Below the pieces are notes generated by a model, which saw nothing but the letters and a program-made list of their open reading frames with translations, was not told the origin of the DNA and searched no databases. A DNA stretch of 44,963 nt, taken from NCBI GenBank assembly GCA_904395785.1, contig CAJFOG010000131.1, positions 1-44,963 of the forward strand. Reading direction: 5' to 3'. Shown one piece after another: positions 43,337 to 44,963 of the stretch; within the stretch, counting starts at the first letter, position 1; every line of letters starts with the position of its first letter. The position numbers and the translations under genes are program-made. Origin of the DNA: an uncultured Eubacterium sp. GTDB lineage: Bacteria; Bacillota_I; Bacilli_A; Erysipelotrichales; Erysipelotrichaceae.

Positions 43337-43371
43337 AGGCACTTATGCCTTTGTAGCCCCGGAAACTACAT
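43337..43371 (+). promoter_or_regulatory. L13 leader-like RNA
   Basis: Two hairpins: AGGCA/TGCCT and TGTAG-ccccggaaa-CTACA, directly before the RBS. Confidence 0.65.
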
Positions 43372-43389
43372 AGGAAAGGAAGTAAAAAT

Positions 43390-43827
43390 ATGCGCCAAAC
43401 AACATTTACAAAACCTGCTGAAGTAGAACGTACTTGGTACGTAGTAGATGGAGCAGGTAAGACTTTAGGTCGTTTATCTACAGAAGTAGCTTCTGTGTTA
43501 AGAGGAAAACACAAACCTACTTACACTCCAAACGTTGACTGTGGAGATTTCGTTATCGTTATTAACGCTGACAAAATTGAAATGACAGGAAACAAAATGG
43601 AAACTAAAAAATACTATAACCACTCTGGTTATGCTGGTGGTCTTCGTACACGTACTGCTCGTGTTATGAAAGAAAACTACACTGTAGAATGGGTTGAAAG
43701 ATCTATTTACGGTATGTTACCACACACAAAATTAGGTGACAGAATGCGTAGACACTTATTTGTTTACACAGGAAGTGAACATCCACACACTGCTCAAAAA
43801 CCAGTTGAGCTAGAAATCAAAGGATAG
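43390..43827 (+). CDS. rplM: 50S ribosomal protein L13
   Basis: WYVVD, LRGKHKPTYTPNVDCGD, HPH.AQKP. Confidence 0.99.
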   Translation: MRQTTFTKPAEVERTWYVVDGAGKTLGRLSTEVASVLRGKHKPTYTPNVDCGDFVIVINADKIEMTGNKMETKKYYNHSGYAGGLRTRTARVMKENYTVEWVERSIYGMLPHTKLGDRMRRHLFVYTGSEHPHTAQKPVELEIKG

Positions 43828-43839
43828 GAGGAATAAGAA

Positions 43840-44244
43840 ATGGCAGCTAAGAAAAATACAGTAACTTACAATGGTACAGGACGCCGTAAAACTTCTGTTG
43901 CTCGTGTCTTCATGACTCCGGGTACTGGTAATATTGTTGTTAATGGGAAAACATTAGAAGAATACTTACCATTAGAAACTTTACGTATGGTTGTTCGTTC
44001 ACCACTTGAATTAACTGAAACTTTAGGACAATTTGATGTAAAAATCAACGTTCAAGGTGGAGGATACACAGGACAAGCTGGTGCTATGCGTCATGGAATC
44101 ACTCGTGCTTTAATGGAAGCAAGTGCTGATTACCGTCCAGCATTAAAAGCAGCAGGATTCGTTACTCGTGACCCTCGTGCGAAAGAACGTAAAAAATACG
44201 GTCTTAAAGCAGCACGTCGTGCACCACAATTCTCAAAACGTTAA
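43840..44244 (+). CDS. rpsI: 30S ribosomal protein S9
   Basis: [31 protein letters not shown]. Confidence 0.99.
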   Translation: MAAKKNTVTYNGTGRRKTSVARVFMTPGTGNIVVNGKTLEEYLPLETLRMVVRSPLELTETLGQFDVKINVQGGGYTGQAGAMRHGITRALMEASADYRPALKAAGFVTRDPRAKERKKYGLKAARRAPQFSKR

Positions 44245-44266
44245 TTATTATCGTCAAGAGAAAATC

Positions 44267-44296
44267 GAGATCATCCTTTGTGGATGGTCTTTTTTT
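44267..44296 (+). terminator. Intrinsic terminator after rpsI
   Basis: GAGATCATCC-tttgt-GGATGGTCTT plus T-run. Confidence 0.8.
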
Positions 44297-44309
44297 AAAT
44301 GATAAAGAA

Positions 44310-44429
44310 TCAGCATCGTTTTCCATATCCACGATCACCTTGAATGATTGTTAGTTTTCCGGACATTATATAGGGATAACATAGCAAATCTACTTTTTTA
44401 CTTTGAATTTCAGATAAGCGAACAATTTC
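44310..44429 (-). pseudogene. Frameshifted N-terminal fragment of an AAA_25/RepA-like P-loop ATPase
   Basis: Minus-strand translation EIVRLSEIQSKKVDLLCYPY / frameshift / SGKLTIIQGDRGYGKRC* resembles the WLWYPYIPFGKLTIIQGDPG.GKT start of mobile-element AAA ATPases. Confidence 0.65.
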
Positions 44430-44671
44430 TAAATACTACTTTTAAAATAGCCTGTTTCTTCTCATACTTTTTTATCAGGACAATAGTAGTTAAATGCGCT
44501 TAAATTATCTTTCTTTAAAGCAAATTCAAATGTTAAAATACCTTTTTGTAATCCAATACGGATAAATTTTGTAACTTTTCCAATTGCTTTGGATAGTTCC
44601 GTAATAGGTACATTTCTTCCTATGAATGCAGGAGTTTCAATATATACTCTATTTTCTTTTTCATGTTTCAC
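44429..44671 (-). pseudogene. Small mobile-element DNA-binding (HTH/excisionase-like) gene with an internal TGA
   Basis: NVPITELSKAIGK...IRIGLQKG...NYYCPDKKV*EETGYF; the family-like pattern continues past the TGA at 44462-44464 to TAG at 44429. Confidence 0.55.
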
Positions 44672-44925
44672 GTTACATAGTGGTTCATTAGATGTGTCGC
44701 CAAACTCTATTTAATGAGCCTTTTTTTGTGTTAAAAGATATCACCTCTTTAAGATAATCAAACGCTAATTTATAATAGTGATTGATTATCTAACCGTAAT
44801 ATACTACTCACGAAAACTAAATGCAACCATTAGATATAAAAATAATTACTTTTATGTTTATTAAGTTATCAAATTCTTTTATAATAGTAAATATGAAAGG
44901 ACATATAAACGAAGAGGTGAAAGAT

Positions 44926-44963
44926 ATGTACTTTGCAGAATACATGAAAAAGTTACGCAAAGA
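44926..44963 (+). CDS. 5' end of a probable XRE-family HTH regulator (truncated by window end)
   Basis: RBS GAGGTGA then MYFAEYMKKLRK, a typical first helix of HTH_3 proteins; only 12 codons are visible. Confidence 0.5.
   Translation, partial: MYFAEYMKKLRK

Larger units (their letters stand above)
44297..44963. mobile_element. Decayed integrative-element remnant downstream of rpsI
   Basis: Two broken minus-strand mobile-type genes plus a divergent XRE-like start; first strand switch in the window; no integrase or att site visible. Confidence 0.55.

Noticed and set aside
44230..44262. TTCTC...GAGAA inverted repeat across the rpsI stop as a possible att site
   Set aside because: Short and imperfect, and no second copy of the rpsI 3' end is visible in the window
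44462..44464. TGA read as Trp (Mollicute genetic code 4)
   Set aside because: Conserved Trp codons in the window are TGG and TGA ends genes such as ftsX1 and the ybxB-like gene; a nonsense mutation is simpler

Overview
AT-rich Firmicute (Bacillota) chromosome, most likely Erysipelotrichaceae (inferred from protein signatures, not from a search). The window opens in the 3' end of a 5S rRNA, then carries a YitT-family gene and an unusual ftsX-M23 peptidase-ftsE-ftsX cluster. Next is almost the whole core transcription/translation superoperon: rplKA, rplJL, ybxB/rsmC, rpoBC, str, S10, spc, alpha, ecfAA'T-truA and rplM-rpsI. Several genes are interleaved: brnQ, a TPP riboswitch with thiT, an O-methyltransferase, a membrane-anchored RraB-like gene and a PHP phosphatase. 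The window ends in a decayed mobile-element remnant just downstream of rpsI. Most of it is ordinary housekeeping DNA and I found no CRISPR array, defence island or intact mobile element. The best leads are the two-FtsX module, the membrane-tethered RraB-like protein, a set of Mollicute-like or drug-site changes in core machinery (L11 proline-loop deletion, RpoB H526N, divergent L3 loop, no rpmD, RNAP inserts), a CCCGGAAA loop shared by the rpsL and rplM leaders, and the rpsI-linked remnant. All family calls are by-eye motif recognition. Starts were moved to the best RBS-supported codon where the ORF track over-extends.
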